This document shows, piece by piece, positions 19,049 to 28,077 of a stretch of 54,778 bases of DNA. The notes under the pieces are model-generated. The model was not told where the DNA came from, did no database searches, and was given only the letters and a program-made list of their open reading frames with translations. Numbering within the stretch: position 1 is the first letter of the stretch; each line of letters starts with the position of its first letter. A program made the position numbers and the translations under genes. This DNA is from Bdellovibrionota bacterium FG-1 (GTDB lineage Bacteria; Bdellovibrionota; UBA1018): the NCBI GenBank assembly GCA_051382295.1, contig JBBCAW010000058.1:1-54778 (forward strand), in the 5' to 3' direction.

Positions 19049-20528
19049 GTTTGACTGGTACGAAGACCCTTTCATAAGGGCCTCGCTGCACATAGAAAAC
19101 GGCAACAGGCTGTTTTTGTAGCTGGGGTGCCAATTTATTGAACTCACTTGCGCCGTGAATTTCTTTTTTGTTGGCGGCCAGGATAATGTCGCCTGCACTC
19201 AGCCCAGCGTCAAAAAAAGGTCCCCCGGCTTCTACCGCAATAATCAAAGTCCCTTTCTGTTTGGGCAAATTCAGAAAGCTTGCGATTTCCTCCGGAACGT
19301 CTCGAACCTGGACGCCCAGTGGAAGCCCAGGAGGTTTGCTGGTATGCCCGACTTGTCCCGCGAGCTGTTTGGCGGACAAAGCTTGGTCTTTGCGGGGCTG
19401 TTCTTGCACCGTCAGCGTGACAACCCCCGACTTTCCGTTGCGAAGATAACCAACGACCACTTGAGAGCCACCTGGAGTTTTTCCTACCAAGCCTTTCAGG
19501 GTTTTTGCACTATCGACACGCTGCTGATTAAAGCGGGTGATCACGTCGCCCGCTAGAAGGGCGCTTTGTTCCGCTGGACCGTTCGCGACTAGCTGACTGA
19601 CGAGTGCCCCGTCGGGGGAGGGAGCTTTAAAAAAATGCGCCAGATCGGCATCGAGATCTTGGGCAACCATACCGACCCAGCCTCGAATCACTCGGCCATG
19701 CTGAATGATCTGATCCGCAACTTCTCGGGCGGTCTTTGAAGGAATGGCAAACCCAATTCCCATATTGCCCCCGCTTTGCGAAAAAATGGCCGTGTTGATG
19801 CCAATGACTTCGCCTTGAGTATTGAGGAGGGGGCCTCCGGAGCTGCCAGGGTTAATTGCTGCATCGGTTTGAATAAAGTCATCCACATCCAACATGCCCA
19901 TATTACCCCGACCTTTGGCGCTGACGATTCCAAAACTCATCGATCGGTTCAGGCCGAAAGGGCTGCCGATGGCCAACGCCCAGTCACCTGGGCGAATGAG
20001 ATCCGAATTTCCAAAAGAAAGAACGGGGTATTCAATGGGGGTGCCTTTTTTTGGAGGATCAATTTGCACGACCGCTAAATCAGTTTTCGGATCTAGGCCG
20101 ACGACGTGGGCCTTGACCTTGTGTTTTTCATCAAAGGCCACCATGACTCGTTCGGCGTGCTCAACGACATGATAATTAGTGAGGATCAAACCATCTTTGC
20201 GAATCACGATTCCAGATCCCAGCCCCAGCAAGCGGGGATCCATGATCGAATGGCTATCTTGGAGGTCTGGCGTGGGATCCTTTCCTAAGTTGGGTAATCC
20301 CGGGAAAAAGGCGGGTTCGGGCTGGATTTGGCGAATGGTGCTGACGCTGACAACGGACGGCATGGCTCGCTCGGCGATTTCGCCAAAGGCGCCTGAAGCC
20401 TGGCTTAAAACCTCGTGACTGTTGGGCGTGGCATGGCTAAACAGGTTCAGTGAAAAAACACCGCCCCCGAAAGCGAGCGCGATAACCAGACCCTGAACGA
20501 CAGGCATGCGAAATAGTCTCATGCCCAA
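19032..20528 (-). CDS. HtrA/DegQ-family serine protease with two PDZ domains
   Basis: LGSG, TNYHVV, DLAV, QTDAAINPGSSGGPL. Confidence 0.95.
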   Translation of the reverse strand: MGMRLFRMPVVQGLVIALAFGGGVFSLNLFSHATPNSHEVLSQASGAFGEIAERAMPSVVSVSTIRQIQPEPAFFPGLPNLGKDPTPDLQDSHSIMDPRLLGLGSGIVIRKDGLILTNYHVVEHAERVMVAFDEKHKVKAHVVGLDPKTDLAVVQIDPPKKGTPIEYPVLSFGNSDLIRPGDWALAIGSPFGLNRSMSFGIVSAKGRGNMGMLDVDDFIQTDAAINPGSSGGPLLNTQGEVIGINTAIFSQSGGNMGIGFAIPSKTAREVADQIIQHGRVIRGWVGMVAQDLDADLAHFFKAPSPDGALVSQLVANGPAEQSALLAGDVITRFNQQRVDSAKTLKGLVGKTPGGSQVVVGYLRNGKSGVVTLTVQEQPRKDQALSAKQLAGQVGHTSKPPGLPLGVQVRDVPEEIASFLNLPKQKGTLIIAVEAGGPFFDAGLSAGDIILAANKKEIHGASEFNKLAPQLQKQPVAVFYVQRGPYERVFVPVKLRDEA

Positions 20529-20533
20529 CTCGT

Positions 20534-20549
20534 TGCATCTTTGGTGCCT
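20534..20549 (-). promoter_or_regulatory. Possible sigma54 -24/-12 promoter of the degQ-like gene
   Basis: Minus strand AGGCACCAAAGATGCA = GG-N10-GC. Confidence 0.35.
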
Positions 20550-20562
20550 CTATCTGAAAGCG

Positions 20563-21060
20563 TTATTTACCGTGGCATTTCTTCAACTTCAGGCCGCTTC
20601 CGCAAGTGCAAGGGTCATTGCGTCCGGCTTTAGGAGCTTCGCGGCGATAAGGGCCGGTTTTGAGTCCCTGCGCGTCCATAAACTTCCAAACGCCGTCTTC
20701 TTTGTCAAAATAACTTTGTTCCCAATGGTCTTGCTTTTTCCCTGTGGAATCCTCGAACTGGGCACAAAAAACAATCGTACCTTTTTCGTCGGTCGGGCTT
20801 CCGGCCTCGACTTGCGCGACTTTAAGTCCTAGCCATTTTGAATTTTTGGCCCAGTCCTCAATTTCCTCGCGTTTGACCTCATGGCGAGTTTTGGAGTGGT
20901 GCGTTGAAATAATGTAGTCCACCTCCGCCAAAGTGAAAGCGGTATAGCGAGACCGCAAGAGTTGTTCAGCGGTTTTAGCCTGAGTGACGCCCTTAATCAA
21001 AGGTTGGCAACAGGCCGAAAGTTGGATTTCAGAGCCGCAAGGGCAAAGTGGAGTGGACAT
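20563..21060 (-). CDS. YchJ-family protein with SEC-C motifs
   Basis: N-terminal CPCGS, TAEQLLRSRYTAF, WLGL.V, C-terminal GRNDPCTCGSG.K.KKC. Confidence 0.92.
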   Translation of the reverse strand: MSTPLCPCGSEIQLSACCQPLIKGVTQAKTAEQLLRSRYTAFTLAEVDYIISTHHSKTRHEVKREEIEDWAKNSKWLGLKVAQVEAGSPTDEKGTIVFCAQFEDSTGKKQDHWEQSYFDKEDGVWKFMDAQGLKTGPYRREAPKAGRNDPCTCGSGLKLKKCHGK

Positions 21061-21115
21061 AAAGTCTACCTTAACCTTGGACAAGCAGAATGGGAATGGT
21101 AAAAGCCTGGGTACG

Positions 21116-21454
21116 ATGACGATGTTGACAGAAGCTGACTTTCGAAAACACATGCAGACGACGCTGGAGCGGATTGAAAAGGCTTTGGCCGACGTCGATC
21201 CTGATTTGGCGGAATGTGAACAGGCTTTGGGATCGATGAACATCACTTTTGCCGACAAAAGTCGATGTATTTTGAGTGCTCAGCCTTCAGTGCGCCAGCT
21301 TTGGTTAGCTTTGGCCTCGCGCGGAACCGCGTATCATTTTGATTGGGATCTTGCGACGGGCCATTGGGTTGACGACAAGGGGCATGGGGTTGAGTTGTTG
21401 AATTTTTTAAAAGGGTTTCTTAAGGAAATGATCGGAAAAGAGCTCGCGCTATGA
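21116..21454 (+). CDS. cyaY: Frataxin-like iron donor protein
   Basis: TEADF, I.F.D....ILS.Q....QLWLA....AYHFDW. Confidence 0.85.
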   Translation: MTMLTEADFRKHMQTTLERIEKALADVDPDLAECEQALGSMNITFADKSRCILSAQPSVRQLWLALASRGTAYHFDWDLATGHWVDDKGHGVELLNFLKGFLKEMIGKELAL

Positions 21455-21705
21455 CCCAGAAAGTGACGGTTTATACCACGACTTATTGCCCCTTTTGTGT
21501 GCGGGCCAAAGATTTACTAAAACGCCGTGGCATTGCCTTCGAAGAAATCTTACTGAATGAGGACGACGATCAAGTTTGGGACGATTTGTATGCGCGCTCT
21601 CAGATGAAGACTGTGCCGCAGATTTTTGTGAATGACAAAATCCTGGGTGGCTTTACGGAACTCGCGGCGCAAGATGAGAAGGATCAGCTGGCTTCATTGA
21701 AGTGA
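21451..21705 (+). CDS. grxC: Glutaredoxin 3
   Basis: CPFC, TVPQIF, LGGF. Confidence 0.9.
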   Translation: MTQKVTVYTTTYCPFCVRAKDLLKRRGIAFEEILLNEDDDQVWDDLYARSQMKTVPQIFVNDKILGGFTELAAQDEKDQLASLK

Positions 21706-21710
21706 GGTGA

Positions 21711-22940
21711 TCAATTCAGCTCTGCCAGAAATTCATCCACCGCAAGAAATAGGACTTTTTTCCCGGTCCACGTGTATTGCTCTCGGCGAGGCATTCCGGG
21801 TTCTTGAAGTTGGATAGCAAATTGAGGGGATAAGATTTCAGTAAAATGGGCTAGTGCCGGAGAAAGATCTCGGGAGCGGTTTTTGACCTCGAGGAGGAGC
21901 CAAGGCTTTTTATCCCGGGTGACGCAAAAGTCGACCTCGCGTTTTTGTTTATCTCGTAAATAAAAAAGTTCGAACTCACCTTCGGCCGAATCGGTCCAGG
22001 CGTGAATGGATTTGAGAAGGTGGCAGGCGACTAGGTTTTCGAGTCTTGCGCCTGGAGACGAAAGTGCGGCCCAATGATAAAAAAAGACTTTAGGTTCTTT
22101 TTTGAGGGAACCCTGAATTCGTTTGGAGTAAGGGCGAATGAGGAAGCAAAGAAAAATACTTTCGAGGGCCGAAATCCAGTCTTGAATGGTCGCAAACGAA
22201 ACGGAGAGGTCTTCTTGCAAGCTCTGAAACGAAAAACCCCCACCGACTTTTTCCAATAGAAAGGTGACCATCAAGGAGAGTGTCTGGAGGTCGCGAATGG
22301 CTTTGAGATCCCTCAAGTCTTCTCGAATGAGTTGCTCACGGTAGAGTCGCCACCACCGGGCGGCCTTCTGCGCGCTTCCCTGTAAAAGGGGTTCGGGAAA
22401 TCCTCCCAGGGTTAACAGGGATTGAAAGTCAAAGCGGGGCTGAAATGCCGCCACTCCATGCCATCCGTCGGATGGCGGAGGTTTGATCCGGTCGGTCTCG
22501 CCATAGGTAAAGGGATGGAGGTGGTAGGGGATGTACCTGCCTACGAGGCTATCTCCGGCCTTGCGGTAGATGTTGAGGCGGGCGCTTCCGGTGACAAGTA
22601 GACGAAGCCGATTTTTATGAAGGTCGTAGAGGCCTTTGAGTGAATTCTTCCATTTTTTATGTTTATGAAGTTCATCTAAAACGACTAAAGGAGTTTGATC
22701 GCTGGTTATTGTTAGGTGCGTCAGCAAGTCGGAGGGGGAGCGGGTCCACATTCTTTGAAAAGTGGGATCATCCCAAGAAAAGTAATTTTCAGGGCACCCC
22801 CATTGGTTCAAAAGACGCTCGGCCAATGTCGTTTTTCCGCATTGGCGGGGACCGGAAACAAAGGCCATTTTCCCCGTCTTGAGGGGGTCTTCGAGCAGGA
22901 CTTTTTCGAGATAGCGAACGTCCAATGACATGAGATCCAT
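21711..22940 (-). CDS. AAA_14 ATPase with DUF4143 C-terminal domain
   Basis: GPRQCGKTT, LDELHK, TGSA, GGFPEP, EN.VA, EVDF, EVK; GAGGA SD before ATG 22940. Confidence 0.9.
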   Translation of the reverse strand: MDLMSLDVRYLEKVLLEDPLKTGKMAFVSGPRQCGKTTLAERLLNQWGCPENYFSWDDPTFQRMWTRSPSDLLTHLTITSDQTPLVVLDELHKHKKWKNSLKGLYDLHKNRLRLLVTGSARLNIYRKAGDSLVGRYIPYHLHPFTYGETDRIKPPPSDGWHGVAAFQPRFDFQSLLTLGGFPEPLLQGSAQKAARWWRLYREQLIREDLRDLKAIRDLQTLSLMVTFLLEKVGGGFSFQSLQEDLSVSFATIQDWISALESIFLCFLIRPYSKRIQGSLKKEPKVFFYHWAALSSPGARLENLVACHLLKSIHAWTDSAEGEFELFYLRDKQKREVDFCVTRDKKPWLLLEVKNRSRDLSPALAHFTEILSPQFAIQLQEPGMPRREQYTWTGKKVLFLAVDEFLAELN

Positions 22941-23003
22941 TTCCTCATAGAACTGAGGATTTGTCCAGACCAAACCTCAGTTAGGTGAGGGTAGGTCAGC
23001 CCC

Positions 23004-24608
23004 CTACACCAGCTTACTAAACACCCGTGGCTCGATTGTCGCCGCCGCAAGCACCCCGCCGACGAGCGCCCCAGTCACTCCTAAACTCGCGACATCGGCG
23101 CCGGCCATATACAGCCCCGGGATGGGCGTGCGCGTGCGCAGGTGGGGGTTACTGAACCGTTCGGGGGTGGGGGCTAGGCCATAAATTGCGCCTTGAGGAG
23201 CGCGCGTAAAGAAGGTCGTCGATAGCGGAGTGGATAGTTCGTGATGCCGCACTAAGCTCATGAGTTTTGGAATATGCCGTTGCAGTTGAGCGAGCAGCCT
23301 CTGCTCAATATCTTTTTTAAACTCCATGTAGTCTTTGTCACGATTGCCGCGTCGAGAGTCCTTCCATTTCTCAAAGGCCTCCCAGGGCACAAAAGTCAGG
23401 GCTTCCATCGTATGTTGGTTGTTCGGCCCTGGGTCGTGCAGGGGGTCCTTGAGTGAGGGAAAGGAAACATAAAGGGCCGGGGCAACGCTTTTGGGGTCTC
23501 TGACATCCCAGCCAGAAACCTCCATGTCCCAGGTTTCAAAAAACCATTGATTTGCCCGGGTTGCGCCGGCGGCCTGGATATCGCCTTCGAGCCCAAAATA
23601 GAGGCAAACATGAGGGGGGGATTGCTTTAGTTCTGCAATTTCGGTCGCCCAGGGGGCAGCTCGCTGCTCGGCCGGTAAAAGAGAGGTCGTCGTTCGGGCG
23701 CCTGCGGCCGAAATAATCGTTTTGGCCCGAATTTCGCGCCCATTTTCCAAAATAACGCCGACGGCTTTGCCTTTTTCGATCAGAATTTCCCGAACAGGGG
23801 CGCGAACCACCGTCTGTCCCCCGGCATCGTGAACCGTTTTCAGCAGTGAGGCGGCAATAGTTTTCGAACCGCCGGCCGGATAATAGCCCCCTCCCATAAA
23901 GTGCTGCACCGTCATCGCATGAATGGCAAAGCTTGAGTTCCTAGGAGTGCTGCCATAATACCCCCATTGGGCGCAAAGAACGGCTCGAAGGCGCGCATTG
24001 GGGATAATACCGCTGAGGACCTGGTCGGTAGTCTGGGTCCAATAGTTTTTTCTGCCCGCAAGAGCCATTACCTTTTGAGTGGCCACCGCTGCCCAAATGG
24101 GAAATGTTCTGAGGAGAAAGTGGACTTTGGCTGATTTAATGACCTCTAGAATCGCGGCAAAATATCGGTCAATGGACGCCTCTTCTTGGGGAAAGGCCTT
24201 GAGAAGCGTCTGTTTGAAATCCTGTCGAGAAGAAGGAAATTCAATTTGAAACCCGTCTGGGAAAAAGAACCGTTCGTAAATATTTCCGAGCGGTTCCATG
24301 CGGATATGACCATTAGAAAGCCAGTTGAGGAGGCGGCCCGGAATTTTTTTTTTGCCCATTTCGCCTAGGCAGTGGACTCCCACATCCCAAGTAAAACCTT
24401 TGCGGGAAAAGGTATGGGTAAAGCCTCCGGCGACATAATGTTGCTCCAAAATCAATACTTTGCGACCGTATTTGGAAAGCGCCGCTGCGCAAGCCATGCC
24501 ACCCATTCCCGATCCGATCACGATGACATCCCAAGGACCCTGCGATTCAAACTGATTGAGCGGGATCGACGGGATCGTCAAGGAAGCGGAAGGGGAGTGG
24601 GTGGCCAT
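23004..24608 (-). CDS. FAD-dependent oxidoreductase, phytoene desaturase/retinol saturase family
   Basis: DVIVIGSGMGG, LEQH..AGG, WDVGVH, YPAGGS, STPLS....GAIYG, GLYMAG. Confidence 0.88.
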   Translation of the reverse strand: MATHSPSASLTIPSIPLNQFESQGPWDVIVIGSGMGGMACAAALSKYGRKVLILEQHYVAGGFTHTFSRKGFTWDVGVHCLGEMGKKKIPGRLLNWLSNGHIRMEPLGNIYERFFFPDGFQIEFPSSRQDFKQTLLKAFPQEEASIDRYFAAILEVIKSAKVHFLLRTFPIWAAVATQKVMALAGRKNYWTQTTDQVLSGIIPNARLRAVLCAQWGYYGSTPRNSSFAIHAMTVQHFMGGGYYPAGGSKTIAASLLKTVHDAGGQTVVRAPVREILIEKGKAVGVILENGREIRAKTIISAAGARTTTSLLPAEQRAAPWATEIAELKQSPPHVCLYFGLEGDIQAAGATRANQWFFETWDMEVSGWDVRDPKSVAPALYVSFPSLKDPLHDPGPNNQHTMEALTFVPWEAFEKWKDSRRGNRDKDYMEFKKDIEQRLLAQLQRHIPKLMSLVRHHELSTPLSTTFFTRAPQGAIYGLAPTPERFSNPHLRTRTPIPGLYMAGADVASLGVTGALVGGVLAAATIEPRVFSKLV

Positions 24609-24616
24609 GATGGCTC

Positions 24617-25243
24617 CTAATTGTTTGCGTTGGTGGATAGTTCGATCATGATATTCCCCACGGCATAAGGCACTGAGTAGGGACGCTGAGCCGTGCGGTT
24701 GAAGTCATGGTCAAAGCCTAGCTTATGCATCCACTCATGTGCAATGTTTCCCGCCACCTCTTGCACCGTGAAGCGCTGGAACCAATAATGGTTCATATAG
24801 ATCTCAGGATGGCCGGCATAACCATAGCCGATGACGCTTTTCTTCTTGTACCAAGGCGGATTGTAAAGGTTGAGATCCAATTGGGCGACGTGGTCATCCG
24901 CCGCCGAATAGGTCTCGTGTCCCTTCATGATTTGTTCGTAGACCTGTTCATTCGTTAGGTTGTTGTTGTTAGCAAACTGGGGCTTTCCGTTAAAAGTAAA
25001 GTCCAGAACCTTTTGATGAAACTCTTGACTGTTGAAGACTTGATCGATGAGTTCGATAGATTGTTTCAGTTTTGCATTCTCCACTGTGGAAAAGCCGCTG
25101 AGGTGTGCGAGATCGATCTTGAGGCCGTCCTGCCCGTCAATCGGGGTGAGGGGGGCCGCTCTGGCGTTTCCGGCAAATCCGATGCTTAAAAAAAACACTA
25201 CGAGGGCACTCCTGACTGCAGTGAGGTGTCGCTTGTTTTTCAT
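24617..25243 (-). CDS. Putative secreted zinc metalloprotease
   Basis: Signal peptide (..ARA); HEWMHKLGFDH metzincin-type motif; SVPY.VG. Confidence 0.8.
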   Translation of the reverse strand: MKNKRHLTAVRSALVVFFLSIGFAGNARAAPLTPIDGQDGLKIDLAHLSGFSTVENAKLKQSIELIDQVFNSQEFHQKVLDFTFNGKPQFANNNNLTNEQVYEQIMKGHETYSAADDHVAQLDLNLYNPPWYKKKSVIGYGYAGHPEIYMNHYWFQRFTVQEVAGNIAHEWMHKLGFDHDFNRTAQRPYSVPYAVGNIMIELSTNANN

Positions 25244-25493
25244 CGCCTTCTCCTTGGCTTTGTTGGGCCGGTGGTCCTACCGGCTAAAGTACTGCTATGT
25301 AATTAAGTGTGACGATTTTGGCTGAATTTTTAAATGGGAAATAAATGCAGCTTGTTTAAAAAGTGACCAGGCAACAAATGCGAGAGGCAAACAGCAGGTA
25401 CAGACGCTTGGCGGAATGAAGAAAAATTTTATTTTTCAGTTGAATTAATTAAAAAAAGAGATAATAACGCGATGCAACAATATTGGAGATCGT

Positions 25494-26675
25494 ATGCCAT
25501 TACTTTTCGCGTTATTATTTTCTGTTTTTTCTTTAAGTATATGTGATTGCATGTCTTTTTCTGCTTTTGCAGGAGAGTGGGACAGTGTGAATAGCCCCGT
25601 GCGATTGGGGGCGGGCTTCTCTCCCCGTTTTGCCGACCTTCCCCTGCAATCGATGGTGCCTGTGGAGCATATGCCATGGGCCGATACCTACTGGCCAGCG
25701 GATCGGGGAGGCATTGCCTATCGCTGGAACTCAAAAGACCCTGCCTTCGCGTGGACCGACCCGCATCTGCGAGCCTCGGATGCGATTTTTCATTATCATT
25801 CACCCAACAAGGTGGAGGCCATGCGGATGAGTCGATATGAGCTCTCACAGCTTTCGCCAACTGAAAAATTCGATCTTGTGCGCGGCGAATACGATTATCC
25901 TTTAACCCGCCAAGTGCTCAAGCACACCGGCCCTCTCAGGGCTTATTGGGAAGGCATTTGTCATGGCTGGGCTCCGGCCTCCGTCAATCATGCCGAACCG
26001 TTGCCCAGCGATGTGGTTAACCGAGATGGGATTGTGATTCCATTTGGGTCCGCAGATGTGAAGGCTATCCTCGACTACTATTACGGCACTCAAAATATGC
26101 GGGTTCGCCAGATGGGTAAGCGCTGCAAAGTCGATTTAACTAAAAACCCTCAGTCGACTGATCCGGATTGTTTGGATGTGAACGCAGGCGCTTTTCATAT
26201 TGTCCTGGCCAATTCGATTGGACGTACGGGGCGTCCCATTGTGGCGGACGTTTCCAGAGGTAATGAGGTTTGGAATAATCCTATTTATTCTTACTCGTCA
26301 AAGATTGTTCAGCAGACCGTGGGGGCAGCCCCGGGTTCAGCCAAAAACACGGTTCGCCGGGTTTTGCTTGAAACTGAAGTGCGCTTCGCCAGTGATGACG
26401 AGCGTCTTCCTCCGCAGTGGGAGGCGACGGTGGGTCAAGAGCAACTCGAAATTCCTGCTGACGGAGCGGTTTTTAATATTGAAGATTACGCCACTAAATA
26501 CCGTTATGAGGCGGTTCAGTATAAATATTGGTTAGAGCTGGACGGTGCCGACAATATCATTGGAGGGGAGTGGGCGAGCGCTGACCGGCCAGATTACATC
26601 TGGTCGAAGGCGCCGATGGCTTTTGAAGGAGACTTTGCCGCTTTGAATTGGGTTTACCGTCCAATGTTCAAGTAA
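25494..26675 (+). CDS. Transglutaminase-elicitor (GP42-like) family protein, probably exported
   Basis: PWADTYWP..GGIAYRW, LSPTEKFD, WEGICHGW (catalytic Cys), D.NAG.FH, EVWN.P, YWLELD....IIGGEW. Confidence 0.8.
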   Translation: MPLLFALLFSVFSLSICDCMSFSAFAGEWDSVNSPVRLGAGFSPRFADLPLQSMVPVEHMPWADTYWPADRGGIAYRWNSKDPAFAWTDPHLRASDAIFHYHSPNKVEAMRMSRYELSQLSPTEKFDLVRGEYDYPLTRQVLKHTGPLRAYWEGICHGWAPASVNHAEPLPSDVVNRDGIVIPFGSADVKAILDYYYGTQNMRVRQMGKRCKVDLTKNPQSTDPDCLDVNAGAFHIVLANSIGRTGRPIVADVSRGNEVWNNPIYSYSSKIVQQTVGAAPGSAKNTVRRVLLETEVRFASDDERLPPQWEATVGQEQLEIPADGAVFNIEDYATKYRYEAVQYKYWLELDGADNIIGGEWASADRPDYIWSKAPMAFEGDFAALNWVYRPMFK

Positions 26676-26727
26676 GTAATGATTAATTAATTGCGTAAAG
26701 CGGTCAAGAAAATTAGAATGCTTGATC

Positions 26728-28077
26728 ATGCGTGTTCTTCTTTTGCAAGATGACGAGGTTGCTCGGGAACGGGTGGCCTTTGTCCTCGAAAGCCAATTTA
26801 ATGCAACCGTCATTCAGGTTTCAACGCCCCAAGAAGCCCTGAAAATCCTGGAGCACCCGGGGGCAGACCTGAATTTACTGGTGATTGATTGTGAGAGGTC
26901 TAAGGAACTCGATCGGCTCAGGTCCAAAGCCACCGAAATTCAGAGTATCGTTTTTTACCACGGCAAAAAAAACAAGCCCGTCGCTATTTCGGCCCCTCCA
27001 GGAAGACCGAATCCCGTGGTGATCGAGCGTGCGGATATCATTGAAAGCCTGAGTTCGGCTATTCATCAGTTAGTCGTGGATGAGAAGCTCCCGCGTTCCG
27101 AAGATGATCGAAATTTTTGTAAGATTCGAACCAAACTGCTTTTGTCGGTATGTCCGCTGCAGTCTGATATTTTCATTCGTCTTTCGGAGTCCAAGTATCT
27201 CAAGCTTTTCCGGGAAGGCGATACCTTTGACCTTCAGGACATGGAAAAGTATACGGTTCGTAAGGGTGTCGAGTATCTTTTTCTTCGAAAGACCGGCATT
27301 CAACAGTTTATTCAAAAATATCAAGACGAACTTCTTCTTCGCCTGAATCAAAAGGCACCTGTTCAACTTGAAGACGCCATTGAGCAAAACGAAGCGGCGT
27401 TTGAGACCATTCATGAACTGGGGCATACCTTAGGGTTTACTAAAGAGGTACAAGAGGCGGCGAAAACCCAAGTGCAAGTGACCATGAAGGCCATTGGCAA
27501 TAGTCCTAAGCTTTCAAAGCTGATGGAAAAATTGGACAGCTTCAAGGGTAAGTACATCTCGGCGCATAGTATGATGGTCGGTTACGTCGCTTGCGCAATC
27601 GCTTCACAGCTCAAGTGGGGCTCGAACACCACTTTTCATAAGCTGAATTTGGCCGCCTTTCTGCATGACATTACTTTGAACAATCATGATCTTGCTCGAT
27701 GTAAAACGATCGCCGAGGCCAAAGAGGGTAATTTTACGGATGCCGAAAAACAATCCTTTGCTAAGCATCCCTCGGACGCCTCTGAACTCGTCAAGCGGTT
27801 CAATGAAATTCCACCCGATGTCGACATTATTATCGCTCAGCACCATGAGTTGCCGAGCGGCGAGGGTTTTCCTCGGCGGTTGCAGGCGCATCGGATTGCT
27901 CCCTTGTCGGCTCTTTTTATTGTTGCTCATGATTTGACTGACTTCGCTTTATCGGTCGGAAAAGGCGCCAAGGTGGGGCATTTTCTAGCTCAGGCCAAGG
28001 AAAAATATACGCCTAGTCAATTCAGAAAGGCTGTCGAAGCCCTTGAGCAGGTGGAGGATCTGGAGTTTGACGTCTGA
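26728..28077 (+). CDS. Receiver domain + degenerate HD-GYP-like domain protein
   Basis: LLLQDDE receiver start; AHS, LHDI, HHE..SGEGFP. Confidence 0.8.
   Translation: MRVLLLQDDEVARERVAFVLESQFNATVIQVSTPQEALKILEHPGADLNLLVIDCERSKELDRLRSKATEIQSIVFYHGKKNKPVAISAPPGRPNPVVIERADIIESLSSAIHQLVVDEKLPRSEDDRNFCKIRTKLLLSVCPLQSDIFIRLSESKYLKLFREGDTFDLQDMEKYTVRKGVEYLFLRKTGIQQFIQKYQDELLLRLNQKAPVQLEDAIEQNEAAFETIHELGHTLGFTKEVQEAAKTQVQVTMKAIGNSPKLSKLMEKLDSFKGKYISAHSMMVGYVACAIASQLKWGSNTTFHKLNLAAFLHDITLNNHDLARCKTIAEAKEGNFTDAEKQSFAKHPSDASELVKRFNEIPPDVDIIIAQHHELPSGEGFPRRLQAHRIAPLSALFIVAHDLTDFALSVGKGAKVGHFLAQAKEKYTPSQFRKAVEALEQVEDLEFDV

Noticed and set aside
21711..22940. AAA_14/DUF4143 ATPase as a novel defence system
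   Set aside because: Widespread solitary family; no partner genes here
25360..25420. GGCAAAC as a c-di-GMP-I riboswitch
   Set aside because: The downstream GAAA tetraloop stem and GACGCAAAGC elements are missing
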